A stretch of 64,000 bases of DNA from an uncultured bacterium (GCA_963977015.1 CAXBMO010000013.1:64001-128000); one strand, 5' to 3'. Numbered from the stretch's first letter, positions 1 to 10,363 are shown. The notes: a model not told the origin generated them from the sequence alone. A program made the numbers and translations.

Positions 1-806
1 GCATTGGCTTTCCATTCGCGGATTTCAAACGCCCGCTCACCTTGTGAGTCCGGTTTGAAGAGATCCAGACGCACCGACTGCGCCAATTGATTCGCAACAG
101 GATAAATGCCATGAAGTTTGGTTGGCACTGGAATGACGAAACTATCGCGAACGCTGTATTCTTCCGCAGCTCCGCTGATTTCAATGGTTTCATTGGCCAT
201 CCGGAGGGCCAGGACGTGATGAATGGGCTGACTTGCGAACCAGCAGGCAATCATCGGTCGGATCTCCTGTGGTGATCCGTTGGGCTTGAGGTGAAGTGTC
301 ACGACAAAGTCCGCGTCCGGATGAACTCGCCATCCGGTTCCGAGGGGTGCTTCAGAAACGCTTGCTCGCGGCGTCCAAACCGTGAAAAGCGCTTCCGGAC
401 GGCGCAGGCTGGGCAATTCAGGGCGAGATGGAAAACCGGTCGTTTTGTCTTTCGCGTCGAGTTCCCTGCTATCGTCCGTCAAATCGAGTCGTATCACGGC
501 ATGTTGTACCACCGCGTCTGAGCCGGGGAGAAGTTCCAGAGATTGAAGATGTCTCGCCGTCTTCAACTGCGATGCCGGAACGACAAAACTGCGGATGATG
601 GGTTGGCCATTGGCGGGCAACTCGAAGGAATTCTCAGGCTCAAGAATTAAGTCCGGGGGACGTTCCGGTGCAATGGGGTGCTCGGTTTTCAGAGGAAAAC
701 GCCCCTCGGACGGGAGCCAAACGGCATCATCTTGAGCGATGCTCCGAGTCGGGAGCATCGTGGCGTTGCAAATGGTGATGAGGAGAAAAAGGGTTTTAAA
801 ATCCAC
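1..806 (-). CDS. Exported protein with a PHM/copper type II monooxygenase-like domain (partial, runs off the left edge)
   Basis: Not in the ORF track because it has no stop in the window. Hand translation from GTG at 806: MDFKTLFLLITIC...PPDLILEPENSFELPANGQPIIRSFVVP...LELLPGSDAVVQHAVIRLD...WTP...GWRVHPDADFVVTLHLKPNG...IYPVANQLA...IREWKAN. This follows the layout of bacterial PHM-like proteins. Confidence 0.65.
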   Translation of the reverse strand, partial: MDFKTLFLLITICNATMLPTRSIAQDDAVWLPSEGRFPLKTEHPIAPERPPDLILEPENSFELPANGQPIIRSFVVPASQLKTARHLQSLELLPGSDAVVQHAVIRLDLTDDSRELDAKDKTTGFPSRPELPSLRRPEALFTVWTPRASVSEAPLGTGWRVHPDADFVVTLHLKPNGSPQEIRPMIACWFASQPIHHVLALRMANETIEISGAAEEYSVRDSFVIPVPTKLHGIYPVANQLAQSVRLDLFKPDSQGERAFEIREWKAN

Positions 807-932
807 GCATTAAACTGACAGGAGCTTCGCCAGCGGCAACTGAAAGTTGAATTTCGGTAGACGAAAAGGGAAGGAACATCGCTAGAGTAAGCTTCTTCAA
901 CTGATTGCGACCCATGTGAGTCAAGAGAAGAG

Positions 933-1631
933 ATGAACCAGATCTCCGTTATCATTCCAGCTTATGAAGAAGGCCACGGTATTGAACTGGCGTTGGATAG
1001 TGTCCGGCGCACGTTGCCAAGCGCTGAGATCATTGTGAGCGATGGATCTCAGGATTCGATGACGCGGGAGGCTTGTGAGAAAAAGGGAGTGCAATATCTG
1101 GTGCCTTCCCGTCACCATCGATCTTCCGCGATGAACGCGGGCGCAAAACATGCGAAGGGGAATTTGTTGCTGTTTCTTCACGCGGATACCCTTCTGCCAA
1201 AATCTGTCTCGAAATTGGAAACGCTGGATCTGGAGAAATTTGGATACGGTGGGTTTTACAAATCGTTCTCCCCAAATGGCTTGATGCTTCAGTTGCATGC
1301 ATTTGTGGTGAATTGCTGGAAGCTTGAGCTTCAAAAGGAATTCCTTGGGGATAACACCATTTTTGTCAGGAAAGATATCTTTGAGGCCGTGAACGGATTT
1401 GGCGATCTGGCTCTTTTTGAGGATCTCGACCTTTCCCGCCGACTCCGCACCCATTGTCAATCAAACGGACTTCGGCCCGCAATTTTTCGGACCCCAATTG
1501 TAACCTCTTCGCGACGATTCAAGAAGCTCGGGGTGATCAGCACCATCGTCTTCATGCAGCGATGCAGGGCGTGGTATGCGTCGGGAATTCCGACCGCAGA
1601 GATTGCGCGACGCTATGCCCAACTCCAGTAG
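933..1631 (+). CDS. GT2 glycosyltransferase (TIGR04283-like)
   Basis: ISVIIPAYEE, SDGSQD, MNAGA, LLFLHADT, LFED and TSSRRF motifs. Confidence 0.85.
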   Translation: MNQISVIIPAYEEGHGIELALDSVRRTLPSAEIIVSDGSQDSMTREACEKKGVQYLVPSRHHRSSAMNAGAKHAKGNLLLFLHADTLLPKSVSKLETLDLEKFGYGGFYKSFSPNGLMLQLHAFVVNCWKLELQKEFLGDNTIFVRKDIFEAVNGFGDLALFEDLDLSRRLRTHCQSNGLRPAIFRTPIVTSSRRFKKLGVISTIVFMQRCRAWYASGIPTAEIARRYAQLQ

Positions 1632-1686
1632 CCTTCTCAAGTTCAGGGAAGTTGACGAGGTCTGGGCAAGGGCTTAACTGGCTGGT

Positions 1687-3579
1687 ATGCGAAAACTCCT
1701 CCTGTGGCTTTGTATCCCCTTCTCCGTTTTTGCGGACGAACGTCCAAATGTGCTTTGGATCACAGCGGAGGACATGAGTGCGACGTTGGGATGCTATGGT
1801 GATGAGTTTGCCATCACCCCGAACATTGACCGGCTTGCTGGGGAGGGGGTGCGCTACACCAATGCCTTTGCGACGGCCCCGGTTTGCTCACCAGCTCGCA
1901 GCACGTTGATTACCGGGGTTTATGCGACGAGCCTGGGCACGCAGCGACTGCGGAGCATGTTTCCCATTCCGGATTATGTGCGGGGCTTCCCCAGTTTCTT
2001 GAAGGAGCAGGGCTACTACACCACGAACAATGTCAAAACGGATTACAACACTGCGCAGCACGGTCGATTGATTGACGAGAGTTGGAATGAAGTCAGTGAT
2101 ACGGCCCATTGGAGAGGGAAGGGGGGCGACCAACCCTTCTTTCACATCTTCAATGATATGACCAGCCACCAGTCGAGAACCATGGTCTGGCCGTATGAGC
2201 AGTTCGAATTCGAGGTCGCAAGCCAACTCTCGCCTGAGCAGATTCATGACCCGGGCGATGCTCCAATCCCTCCCTATTACCCCGATACGCCAACGATTCG
2301 GCGGACGGTGGCTCGGTTTTACGACTGTGTGACCGCCATGGATCAAAATGTTGGCGATCTGCTCGATCAGCTGGAAGAGGATGGATTGGCTGAAAACACG
2401 ATCGTCTTTTTCTTTAGCGATCATGGAAGTGGGATGCCTCGGCACAAACGAAACCTACAGGATACCGGGATGCATGTTCCTCTCATTATTCGATTTCCAG
2501 AAAAGTGGAAACATCTGGCTCCCGCTTCTCCGGGGGAGGCGATTGATCAGCTCGTGAGCTTTGTCGACTTTGCGCCTACCATGCTGAGTTTGCTGGGACT
2601 CGAAATTCCCGCTCACATGCAAGGGACGGCTTTTCTTGGCGAGGCGGCAGGAGAACCCCGGCGTTATGTGTTTGGCGCGCGCGACCGCGTCGATGAAGCG
2701 TTTGATCTTTCTCGAAGCGTTCGAGACAAAAAGTGGCTCTATATTCGCAATTTCATGCCACACTTGAGTTACAACCAGCCCTGTGCGTGGCCTGGGCAGG
2801 GAGAAATTCGTAAGGAAATTGCCCGATTGGCCAATGCCGGATCCCTTCGACCGGGGCCGGCGCGGAACTATGCCGGTCCGACCAAGCCAGTGGAAGAGCT
2901 CTACGACACTTCGGTAGATCCGCTCTGCCTCAATAATTTGAGTCTAGATCCGCAACATTCGGCCGAACTCGAACGGCTTCGAAGCGAGCAGCTTTACTGG
3001 AGCCTGGAGTCTGGTGACGTGGGGTTTTTACCAGAGTCGATTGCCTGGGAACTTGCCAAGGAGCGTCCGCTTCTGGAATTGGGCGATCCGGACCTTTTGA
3101 GCCAGGTGAGGGAGGCGGCAGAGATCGTTGGAGCTGGAATCGAACGAAAAGAAGACGCGCTCGACGCTCTGCAGAGCGAGTTGGCTGCCAGCCGGTATTG
3201 GGGAGTTGTTGCTCTCCGGGCTTTGGGGCAGCATGCACTGGACGCATCAGGCGCTCTTGGGGCGGCATTGAGCGATTCCTCTCCAGCTGTTCGGATTGAA
3301 GCTGCGGGTGCATTGGTGGAATTGGGGAATGCCAGGGCTGGTTTGACGATCCTTGGCGAGGAAGTGCTCTCAGAGGATTTGATTTCCGCTCTTCATGCCT
3401 GCCGCACGATTGAGTTACTGGGTGACAAGGCGGCATCCTTGAAGCCGCAGATTCAGATTGTGTCTGAAAAGTGCAAGGAGGGCATGGGACAAGCGACTGA
3501 CCCCCTAATTCCTGGCAAAACCGATGAATTCATGTTTTTGGGCTTTTCCGCAGACGCCTTTTTGGCCGCTCTCGAGTGA
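1687..3579 (+). CDS. Exported Cys-type sulfatase with C-terminal HEAT-like repeats
   Basis: Signal peptide, RPNVLWITAED, CSPARSTLITG (CxPxR), FSDHG; C-terminal SRYWGVVAL and AVRIEAAGAL HEAT-like repeats. Confidence 0.92.
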   Translation: MRKLLLWLCIPFSVFADERPNVLWITAEDMSATLGCYGDEFAITPNIDRLAGEGVRYTNAFATAPVCSPARSTLITGVYATSLGTQRLRSMFPIPDYVRGFPSFLKEQGYYTTNNVKTDYNTAQHGRLIDESWNEVSDTAHWRGKGGDQPFFHIFNDMTSHQSRTMVWPYEQFEFEVASQLSPEQIHDPGDAPIPPYYPDTPTIRRTVARFYDCVTAMDQNVGDLLDQLEEDGLAENTIVFFFSDHGSGMPRHKRNLQDTGMHVPLIIRFPEKWKHLAPASPGEAIDQLVSFVDFAPTMLSLLGLEIPAHMQGTAFLGEAAGEPRRYVFGARDRVDEAFDLSRSVRDKKWLYIRNFMPHLSYNQPCAWPGQGEIRKEIARLANAGSLRPGPARNYAGPTKPVEELYDTSVDPLCLNNLSLDPQHSAELERLRSEQLYWSLESGDVGFLPESIAWELAKERPLLELGDPDLLSQVREAAEIVGAGIERKEDALDALQSELAASRYWGVVALRALGQHALDASGALGAALSDSSPAVRIEAAGALVELGNARAGLTILGEEVLSEDLISALHACRTIELLGDKAASLKPQIQIVSEKCKEGMGQATDPLIPGKTDEFMFLGFSADAFLAALE

Positions 3580-3660
3580 CCATGTCGCGGGAAAGCTTTC
3601 TTTACGTGGAGGCATAGAAGTGTCACACTTCGCCGGTTTGTGCCTTAACAAAGCGAAACA

Positions 3661-4164
3661 GTGAACATTTTAAGAACTTCCCTCCCCATCGTGTTTCTGC
3701 TTTTTGGCGTGATCTCAGCACTCGCGGCCGGAAGTGGAGAAGTGACTCTCATCGCGGGAAACGTGACCATGGTCCCGAAAGGGGGCGGTCCGGCCCAAAA
3801 GCTCAAAAAGGGATCCAAAGTCGAGGTTGGGGCGGAAGTCACGACGGACAAAAAGGCCCGCGTGGTCATCATGATGACGGATGCCAGCGCCATTCGAATT
3901 TCTGGGGGATCAAGGGTGGTGATTGCCACGATGACCGATTCCGGCGCATCCGGCCAAAGCTCGGTCAATGTCAATCTCAAGTCGGGAAGCGTGGGAGCAC
4001 TCATCGATAGCTCCAAGAATCGAAAAATTGATTTCAAAATCGAAACACCCCACGGGGTTGCGACTGCCAGGGGGACCTATTATGCGGTCGTGGTCGAAGG
4101 GGGCAAGACCTACACCAAGGTGCGAAACGGGCAAGTTAGCGTGACTGCCACACCCAATCAGTAA
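3661..4164 (+). CDS. Exported single-domain FecR-family protein
   Basis: Signal peptide; beta-rich; FKIETPHGVATARGT matches the FecR TP..xAxVRGT motif. Confidence 0.75.
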   Translation: MNILRTSLPIVFLLFGVISALAAGSGEVTLIAGNVTMVPKGGGPAQKLKKGSKVEVGAEVTTDKKARVVIMMTDASAIRISGGSRVVIATMTDSGASGQSSVNVNLKSGSVGALIDSSKNRKIDFKIETPHGVATARGTYYAVVVEGGKTYTKVRNGQVSVTATPNQ

Positions 4165-4169
4165 AAGCC

Positions 4170-7100
4170 GTGATTCCTTTGAAAATGCGACCCTTCTTTA
4201 TCAGTTTGGGCCTGATCCTGGGGACTTGTCTGCCGGGCGGCGTGAACGCAAATCCGCAGAACGCGAATATCGTTCACGGTGATGTGACGATCGAGAATTA
4301 TGGGAACACTCTTCAGATTCTGCAGGGATCCGACAAAGCGATCATCGAGTGGGGGGACTTTTCGATCGGGCTTGAAGAAGCGACTCAATTTCTTCAGCCT
4401 GGCAGCAGTTCATCCGTCTTAAACCGGGTAATGGGAGGGAATGCTTCGGCAATAGATGGCATCCTCGAAGCCAATGGCCGGGTGTTGCTGATTAATCCTA
4501 ACGGGATTCTCTTTGGACCTAACGCCACCGTTGATACCGGAGGATTTCTTGCATCAACGTTGGATTTAAGTGATGAGAACTTCCTCGGCGGCGGCGACCT
4601 TTTCTTTAGTGGCGCTTCTCCCGCAGCGATCGTTAACCTTGGCGCGATCAGCGCCAGCGACGGTGATGTCATTCTCATCGCCAATCAGGTAAGCAACCAA
4701 GGGAGCATCAATGCCCCGAACGGGATGGTTGGCCTAGGTGCCGGAACGGAAGTGCTGCTCGCCGAAAGCGGAAATGAACGCATGTTCGTCCGCGGCGGTA
4801 TCGGTGGAAGCGTTGGTGTCGATAACGCGGGTTCGATCGAAGCGCAGGTCTCGGAGTTGAAGGCTGGAGGTTCAATTTACGCGACTGCAATTCGGAATTC
4901 CGGACGAGTCCGTGCGACTTCCGTTCATCGGGAGGGCGGACGAATCATGTTGAAAGCGAACGGGGGCAATATCGTGAATCTGGGTGGGGTGACGGCGTCG
5001 AATGGCGATAACCAATCGGGAGTCGAAATCGATGCTGGTATCGGAGGAAACGTGGTGTTTGAGGCGAATGGGGAAGCCGTTGCCGACAGTGTATCGATCG
5101 CGACTGAAGGTGGCAGAATTGCGGTGAATGAGGGGGCAAGCGTAAAGGCGACCTCTGTCGACTTCCGGGCTCCATCCGGTTCAATCGATGTTTCCGGGGA
5201 GATTGTCGGGCATGACTCCGCGCTGGCACAAAGCCAGATCCTCTTGGATTCAAGCCCAGGCGGGTCGATTGACATTGGTCCAACGGGGTTCGTCCAGGCG
5301 AGTGGGGTCGCAATGACTGCGGATCTTGGACAGGTCGTGGTTCAGTCCGGTGGCCGCGTTCAAGGAGAAACCGTGAATTTGCAGGCGGAAGGTGGTAGAA
5401 TCACACACTTGGGAATCATCAAGAGTGAAGATGCTGCTGGAAATGGTGGGCAGGTATCAATGAGCGCCGGAGCGGGGGGAATTGTCGAAGTGGGAGGAGT
5501 TGTTGATACCAAGGGGCGTATTGGAAACGGGGGATCGATTACGGTGTCGGGAGAGGAGGTTGCGATCCGTGCTGGCGCCTTGCTTGAGGCCGACGGCGAG
5601 ACCGGAGGCGGTCAAATCTTGGTTGGGGGAGGCTATCAGGGCAGTGATCCAGCGATCTTCAATTCCCAGCGAACCGTGGTGGAGCCCGGAGCCGTGCTAA
5701 GCGCAAATGCAGTCTCATCGGGGAACGGAGGAACCATCGTTGTGTGGTCGGACGACGAAACCGTTTTTCGGGGAAGCATTTCGGCGACTGCGGTTGGCGA
5801 TGGAAAGGGGGGCCTGGCGGAGGTTTCCGGTAAACAGACGCTTACCTTTGATGGACTCGTGAATTTGAGCGCGGAAAAGGTGGGGAACTCCGGGATTTTG
5901 CTGCTCGATCCCACGAATTTCACGATCGACTCGTCCGGAGATGCCAACACCGCAAGCGCAGCGTCGATTGAATCGGTGTTAGGATCGGGGACGAGTGTGA
6001 CCATTTTGACCGACTCAGCGGGATCCGAAGATGGGGATGTGTGGGTCAATGAGGCAATTGATGTTCAAACCAGCTCTGGCATTTTCACGATATTGGCTCA
6101 CGACGACATTTTCGTCGAAAAAAGCATTCAGATTGGCGGCACTACCGGAGCTGTGAATCTGGTTGCTGGTTGGGATGGGTCCACGGGGTTTCAGACCGTC
6201 CCCTCGTCCGGCGTTGCCAATAATTCGGTGGCGGACATCGCGGAAATTGCGGACAGCCAGTCTGGATATGGGAACGGGGATTCCGGCGATCGTGGGAACA
6301 TTTTTATCGGCGATACCTCGGCAGCGTGGGTGGGGAGTCAAAGCGGGCCGACCGCGATTTTTGGATACAATGTCAATGTTGGGACGGAAAGCGGAATCGG
6401 GTATACAGGGGCTAACGGCACGGATATCAGCGGACAAATCTCGGTGGCTGCAAAAAACGACATCTCGGTAACGAATAGTGGCCCAGGCTCTTCCGGCATC
6501 GGCCACCGATCGAGTGCCAGCACCGCAGCGATCGACGGGGAAATTGATCTTCGGGCCGAGACTGGGGACATTACCGTGATGGCCGATTCCGGCTATGAGG
6601 TGCGAATTGGCCATGAGGGGATGGATTCTGTATCTGGTGGCATCCTTCTTGAAGCACGTCAGGGGGCCATTGTTCTTGATAGCGGCGACGGTAAAGTCGT
6701 GGTGGGTAGCCTGGGGAATTCCACGGTGGGAGAAATCGTGCTCGACGCAAAGTCGATTACCTTGGATGCCACGGGAGGGGGGACCGCCAAGGTGGGTGGG
6801 GAAGAAAGCGGAGGGGGAGGCGGTTCGGGTTCAATCGCGATTCGGGGATTTGAGGGGATTGCCTTGCTTGATTCGGAAGGTGAAGAAAGTAGCGGCGGGT
6901 GGGAAATCGGGCACGGAGGCTCGGGAGCCGGGATGTCGGATCTGATTTTTCTGGGGAAGGATCTCACGATCGACAGCGAACTTTCAAATCGGCTTATTGG
7001 TGCCAACTTAGGTGGAGGCGACGTCACCATTGGCGGATATGGCGACGTTAGCATCGCGACCGATGTCAATGTGAATGCAGACTACGATCTCCATTTCCTC

Positions 7101-8525
7101 GCAGCGGGAGACCTGTCCCTCAGTGCAGATATCACCAATTCATCGGTGAGCGGCGGTGATGTCTTTTTCATCGCCGGTTGGGATGGTGTCACGGGAGTGG
7201 AGAAAGTGGGGCCTCCGAGTTTTGATCCTACCGATCTTTCCGCGGATTTGACCAGTTTTGGTAATAACGAAGCCACCGTTACGACCGACGGTTTGGTGAG
7301 CTTGGGGACGGGAACCCTGGAAATTTTTGCCCAGTCTGTTTCGGTGGAGTCCACTCTCGCTGATGCTGCCATGAGCACGAAGATCCAACTCAGCGATCAT
7401 ATGCGAAGTGGAGATCCAAACGGGCTCAAGGGCGGGATGTTGGAACTGCAGGCCGGGATTGGTACCGCTCAAGTCAAAGGAGGAAGTCTCAGTGATTTGA
7501 TCCAGGGGCCCGATCTTGATGTTTTCTGGTCGATCAATCAGGATAACGGAGGATCCGTATCCTTTTCAGATTCCAGCTTCGGAGTCATTGGATTCGAAAG
7601 TATTGAAAATCTTTCGGGAGGAACTGCCAACGACAGTTTCACGTTTACCGATCAGGCGTCACTCGCGGGGCGAGTTGATGGAGGCGGGGGATCTGGAATT
7701 GATGCGTTGAAGATCGATGACTCCAATTTGGTCGCGGAGGGCTCCGTCACCTACAATATTACCAACGGATTGGTGAGCCGGAATCCCCAGTACACCTTTC
7801 GAAGCGTTGATTCGGTCGAAATCGAGGGCGGCGATAATGATTCGACTTTCAACACCCAGTTTTTTGACTTCACCCAGCAGATAACCGGAGGCGTTGGAAC
7901 CAACACCCTGAATGTGACCTTGGCTGCAGGAGTCGCTCAGCCGACCGATCCGGCATCGCCTCTGACTCAAAGCGGATCCGGGCAGATTGCGTTTTCGAAC
8001 ATGAATTCTGTGAACTTCGCCAATCGGTCGGCAACTGGCGATAGCGGCGCCCCTGCGGGCGGCGGAAATCAAAATGGTGGTGGTGGGGTATTGCCCAATG
8101 CCAATAATCCGAATCCAGTTGGTGGAAATGGGAGCCCGGATCCGAATGGCGAGAATCAAGAGGGAGTCGTCGGAAGAGGTGTGGAGGAGTTGGATGGGCA
8201 AATCGGGACGCAACTTGACAACACGACCGAAAATAGCAATCCAAACGGAAATCCTGAGGGTGAACAGACCATGCAGCAGGACGGGGACGAGGAGGACGCT
8301 CAGAACCCTGATCCCGCTCAGAATCAGACACCAGCAGGGAACACGGGAGGAACCACTCCTCCGGGAGAGGAAAAGCCCGTTACCAACGAATCGGGGGTTC
8401 AGGAAACAACCGGTGAAGGAACGTCAACGGTCGCTCCGCCAGACAATGTGGGCGGAGAGCTGGACAATCAATTGGGACCGCAGGGCCAGACCGATTTCCA
8501 GTCGACAGGGCTGAACGTCAACTAG
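4170..8525 (+). CDS. Filamentous-haemagglutinin-like TpsA exoprotein
   Basis: Signal peptide, TPS domain (AIIEWGDFSIG, VLNRV, LINPNGILFG, FLASTL), GGTIVVWSD, GGLAEVSGK, LLLDP; Gly-rich beta-helix repeats; low-complexity acidic tail. Confidence 0.9.
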   Translation: MIPLKMRPFFISLGLILGTCLPGGVNANPQNANIVHGDVTIENYGNTLQILQGSDKAIIEWGDFSIGLEEATQFLQPGSSSSVLNRVMGGNASAIDGILEANGRVLLINPNGILFGPNATVDTGGFLASTLDLSDENFLGGGDLFFSGASPAAIVNLGAISASDGDVILIANQVSNQGSINAPNGMVGLGAGTEVLLAESGNERMFVRGGIGGSVGVDNAGSIEAQVSELKAGGSIYATAIRNSGRVRATSVHREGGRIMLKANGGNIVNLGGVTASNGDNQSGVEIDAGIGGNVVFEANGEAVADSVSIATEGGRIAVNEGASVKATSVDFRAPSGSIDVSGEIVGHDSALAQSQILLDSSPGGSIDIGPTGFVQASGVAMTADLGQVVVQSGGRVQGETVNLQAEGGRITHLGIIKSEDAAGNGGQVSMSAGAGGIVEVGGVVDTKGRIGNGGSITVSGEEVAIRAGALLEADGETGGGQILVGGGYQGSDPAIFNSQRTVVEPGAVLSANAVSSGNGGTIVVWSDDETVFRGSISATAVGDGKGGLAEVSGKQTLTFDGLVNLSAEKVGNSGILLLDPTNFTIDSSGDANTASAASIESVLGSGTSVTILTDSAGSEDGDVWVNEAIDVQTSSGIFTILAHDDIFVEKSIQIGGTTGAVNLVAGWDGSTGFQTVPSSGVANNSVADIAEIADSQSGYGNGDSGDRGNIFIGDTSAAWVGSQSGPTAIFGYNVNVGTESGIGYTGANGTDISGQISVAAKNDISVTNSGPGSSGIGHRSSASTAAIDGEIDLRAETGDITVMADSGYEVRIGHEGMDSVSGGILLEARQGAIVLDSGDGKVVVGSLGNSTVGEIVLDAKSITLDATGGGTAKVGGEESGGGGGSGSIAIRGFEGIALLDSEGEESSGGWEIGHGGSGAGMSDLIFLGKDLTIDSELSNRLIGANLGGGDVTIGGYGDVSIATDVNVNADYDLHFLAAGDLSLSADITNSSVSGGDVFFIAGWDGVTGVEKVGPPSFDPTDLSADLTSFGNNEATVTTDGLVSLGTGTLEIFAQSVSVESTLADAAMSTKIQLSDHMRSGDPNGLKGGMLELQAGIGTAQVKGGSLSDLIQGPDLDVFWSINQDNGGSVSFSDSSFGVIGFESIENLSGGTANDSFTFTDQASLAGRVDGGGGSGIDALKIDDSNLVAEGSVTYNITNGLVSRNPQYTFRSVDSVEIEGGDNDSTFNTQFFDFTQQITGGVGTNTLNVTLAAGVAQPTDPASPLTQSGSGQIAFSNMNSVNFANRSATGDSGAPAGGGNQNGGGGVLPNANNPNPVGGNGSPDPNGENQEGVVGRGVEELDGQIGTQLDNTTENSNPNGNPEGEQTMQQDGDEEDAQNPDPAQNQTPAGNTGGTTPPGEEKPVTNESGVQETTGEGTSTVAPPDNVGGELDNQLGPQGQTDFQSTGLNVN

Positions 8526-8537
8526 GGCGAACGGGCC

Positions 8538-9146
8538 TTAGAAGCAGACTTCGACCTCGATAAAGCGTCGAGGTTCTCTGCCATATTCTGCCGAAATCTG
8601 TTGGAGCGTTTTCCATCTCGTCTCGTGAAACGGACTTTCGAATTGTGGCTTTTCAGCGGGTAATTGGGTAAGGACGTCTTTGCGGATCATCATCGCCCGA
8701 ACCTTTCGTTGGCGAATTTCCGGAGCTTCTTCACTTGTCAGGCAAACCAGGTATTTCTCGGTGAGAAGCGCTTCGCCGGCATCGCGCTTCAAGTAACCAG
8801 CCGCAAAATGCTCTGAAATTTCATTGAGAACGGAATTCAGGTAGAACCAGTATTCATCAATCGGCAGATCGAGAATGCTATCATTCGAATTGGTTCGGCG
8901 AGCGGCTTCAGTAACAGCCTGCGTCGTCGCTGCATTGAGAAAAACCTCTTCACAACTCTTCTCCACGAGTGTTCGGATCTTGAGTTTTCCGTCCCTGAGT
9001 ATGTTCAGCGAAACGTTCAAGCGATCATAGAATTCGCGCTTTGCCCATTTGCGTTTGGCGCGATGCATTCCGATTGCCCAACCCGCACCCAGGAAAATCA
9101 GCGACGTGGTTAATTCAAACCAATATTCTTTTAGGAGTTCAATCAT
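8538..9146 (-). CDS. Hypothetical protein with N-terminal membrane anchor
   Basis: 202-aa ORF filling the gap, one N-terminal hydrophobic helix. Confidence 0.7.
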   Translation of the reverse strand: MIELLKEYWFELTTSLIFLGAGWAIGMHRAKRKWAKREFYDRLNVSLNILRDGKLKIRTLVEKSCEEVFLNAATTQAVTEAARRTNSNDSILDLPIDEYWFYLNSVLNEISEHFAAGYLKRDAGEALLTEKYLVCLTSEEAPEIRQRKVRAMMIRKDVLTQLPAEKPQFESPFHETRWKTLQQISAEYGREPRRFIEVEVCF

Positions 9147-9229
9147 GAAGGGAAGATGAATTTGAACTTAAACGGAAAGAATCAGAGCTGCCCAGACAAA
9201 CTTTCTTCTTCTGGCGAACTTTGTGCGAT

Positions 9230-10363
9230 TCATTTCGGGGCGCTTTTGAAGGCATAGATGCCTCCGTCTTGCCCGTTGATCACCAAATAGCCGTTGGAGA
9301 TGGCCGGGGATGCGTTGAGCCGGGCCCCAATTTCGTAGCTCCAGAGCTCAGAGCCGTCGTTGGGATTGATTGCGTAAAGTCGTCCGTCGTCGGAACCGGT
9401 AAAGATTGCGGTTGGAGTCACCACCGGGGAGCTGTCGATCCCCCGTCGCGCGGTGAAATCCCAAATCAGCTCTCCCGTCGAGCGATCGATGCTGCGGAGT
9501 TTCTTGTCGCGACCGCCGATGATGACTCGGTCTTCAGTGACTGCGGGGGAAGCAATGAATTCGGTTCCTTCAGCGTCGTGAGTCCACGCTCGCTCGCCGG
9601 TCTTCAAATCAATCGCGACGACTTCACCGGCGTAGTGCGCCACATAGGCAATTTGATCCTTCACGGCGCAGGAATTTGCCATATAGGCTCCAATCTCGAT
9701 TTCTTTGGCTGACGTCCCCGTATTGGCATCTATCAGACGCAAAATCTCGTCACATCCCCCCATGATGACGACTCCGGATTCGGTATCCACGCTGGGAGCT
9801 CCGCGAATGTAATTTCCGGTTTCAACGGCCCAGACTTGCTCACCGGTTTTTGCATCAATCCCGTGAAGGAAAAAATCGTCACTGCCCACGAGAACGAGCT
9901 CTCGTCCTTCGGAGGTGACGTGAGTGTTGAGTCCGCCCACGATGCTGTCATCCGTTTCATAACGCCAGACTTCGGCGCCGGAATCTTGCCTGAGGCCAAA
10001 GACGATTCCGTCCGAATCGCCAAAGCAAACCAATTCGCCCACGAGACAGGCGGGGCCCTCGACTCCAAATGCGGTTTCAAACTTCCAAAGCACTTCTCCG
10101 CTCTTGAGATCCAGGCAGTAAAAATACTTGTCAAACGAACCGACGAAAACGCGATCTTGACTGATCACTGCCGTGGCGGGTACCGGTGCTTCAGCCAAGA
10201 AATCCCAAGCCAATTCCAGGGGCAATTTGAGATCCTCTTCGCTGACTCCCAGCATGTTTGGATCACCCCGGAAGAGTGGCCATGAGGAAGGGGGGGCCGA
10301 TTCCGCCAAAAGAGGATTCAAGAAACCGGTGGAAAAAAGAAGGAGGATGGAGATGAATCTCAT
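9230..10363 (-). CDS. Exported PQQ-like beta-propeller repeat protein (BamB-like fold)
   Basis: Signal peptide, WPLFRGD, repeated GSxDxxLYA.D..TG..LW motifs. Confidence 0.88.
   Translation of the reverse strand: MRFISILLLFSTGFLNPLLAESAPPSSWPLFRGDPNMLGVSEEDLKLPLELAWDFLAEAPVPATAVISQDRVFVGSFDKYFYCLDLKSGEVLWKFETAFGVEGPACLVGELVCFGDSDGIVFGLRQDSGAEVWRYETDDSIVGGLNTHVTSEGRELVLVGSDDFFLHGIDAKTGEQVWAVETGNYIRGAPSVDTESGVVIMGGCDEILRLIDANTGTSAKEIEIGAYMANSCAVKDQIAYVAHYAGEVVAIDLKTGERAWTHDAEGTEFIASPAVTEDRVIIGGRDKKLRSIDRSTGELIWDFTARRGIDSSPVVTPTAIFTGSDDGRLYAINPNDGSELWSYEIGARLNASPAISNGYLVINGQDGGIYAFKSAPK

Noticed and set aside
1687-3579. Sulfatase-HEAT fusion as a novelty
   Set aside because: Common architecture in PVC bacteria.
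4170-8525. TpsA as a CdiA contact-dependent toxin
   Set aside because: No VENN/DUF637-type region, no toxin-like tip and no co-directional immunity gene.
9230-10363. Calling the propeller protein bamB
   Set aside because: No lipobox or bam context; PVC genomes carry many such paralogues.
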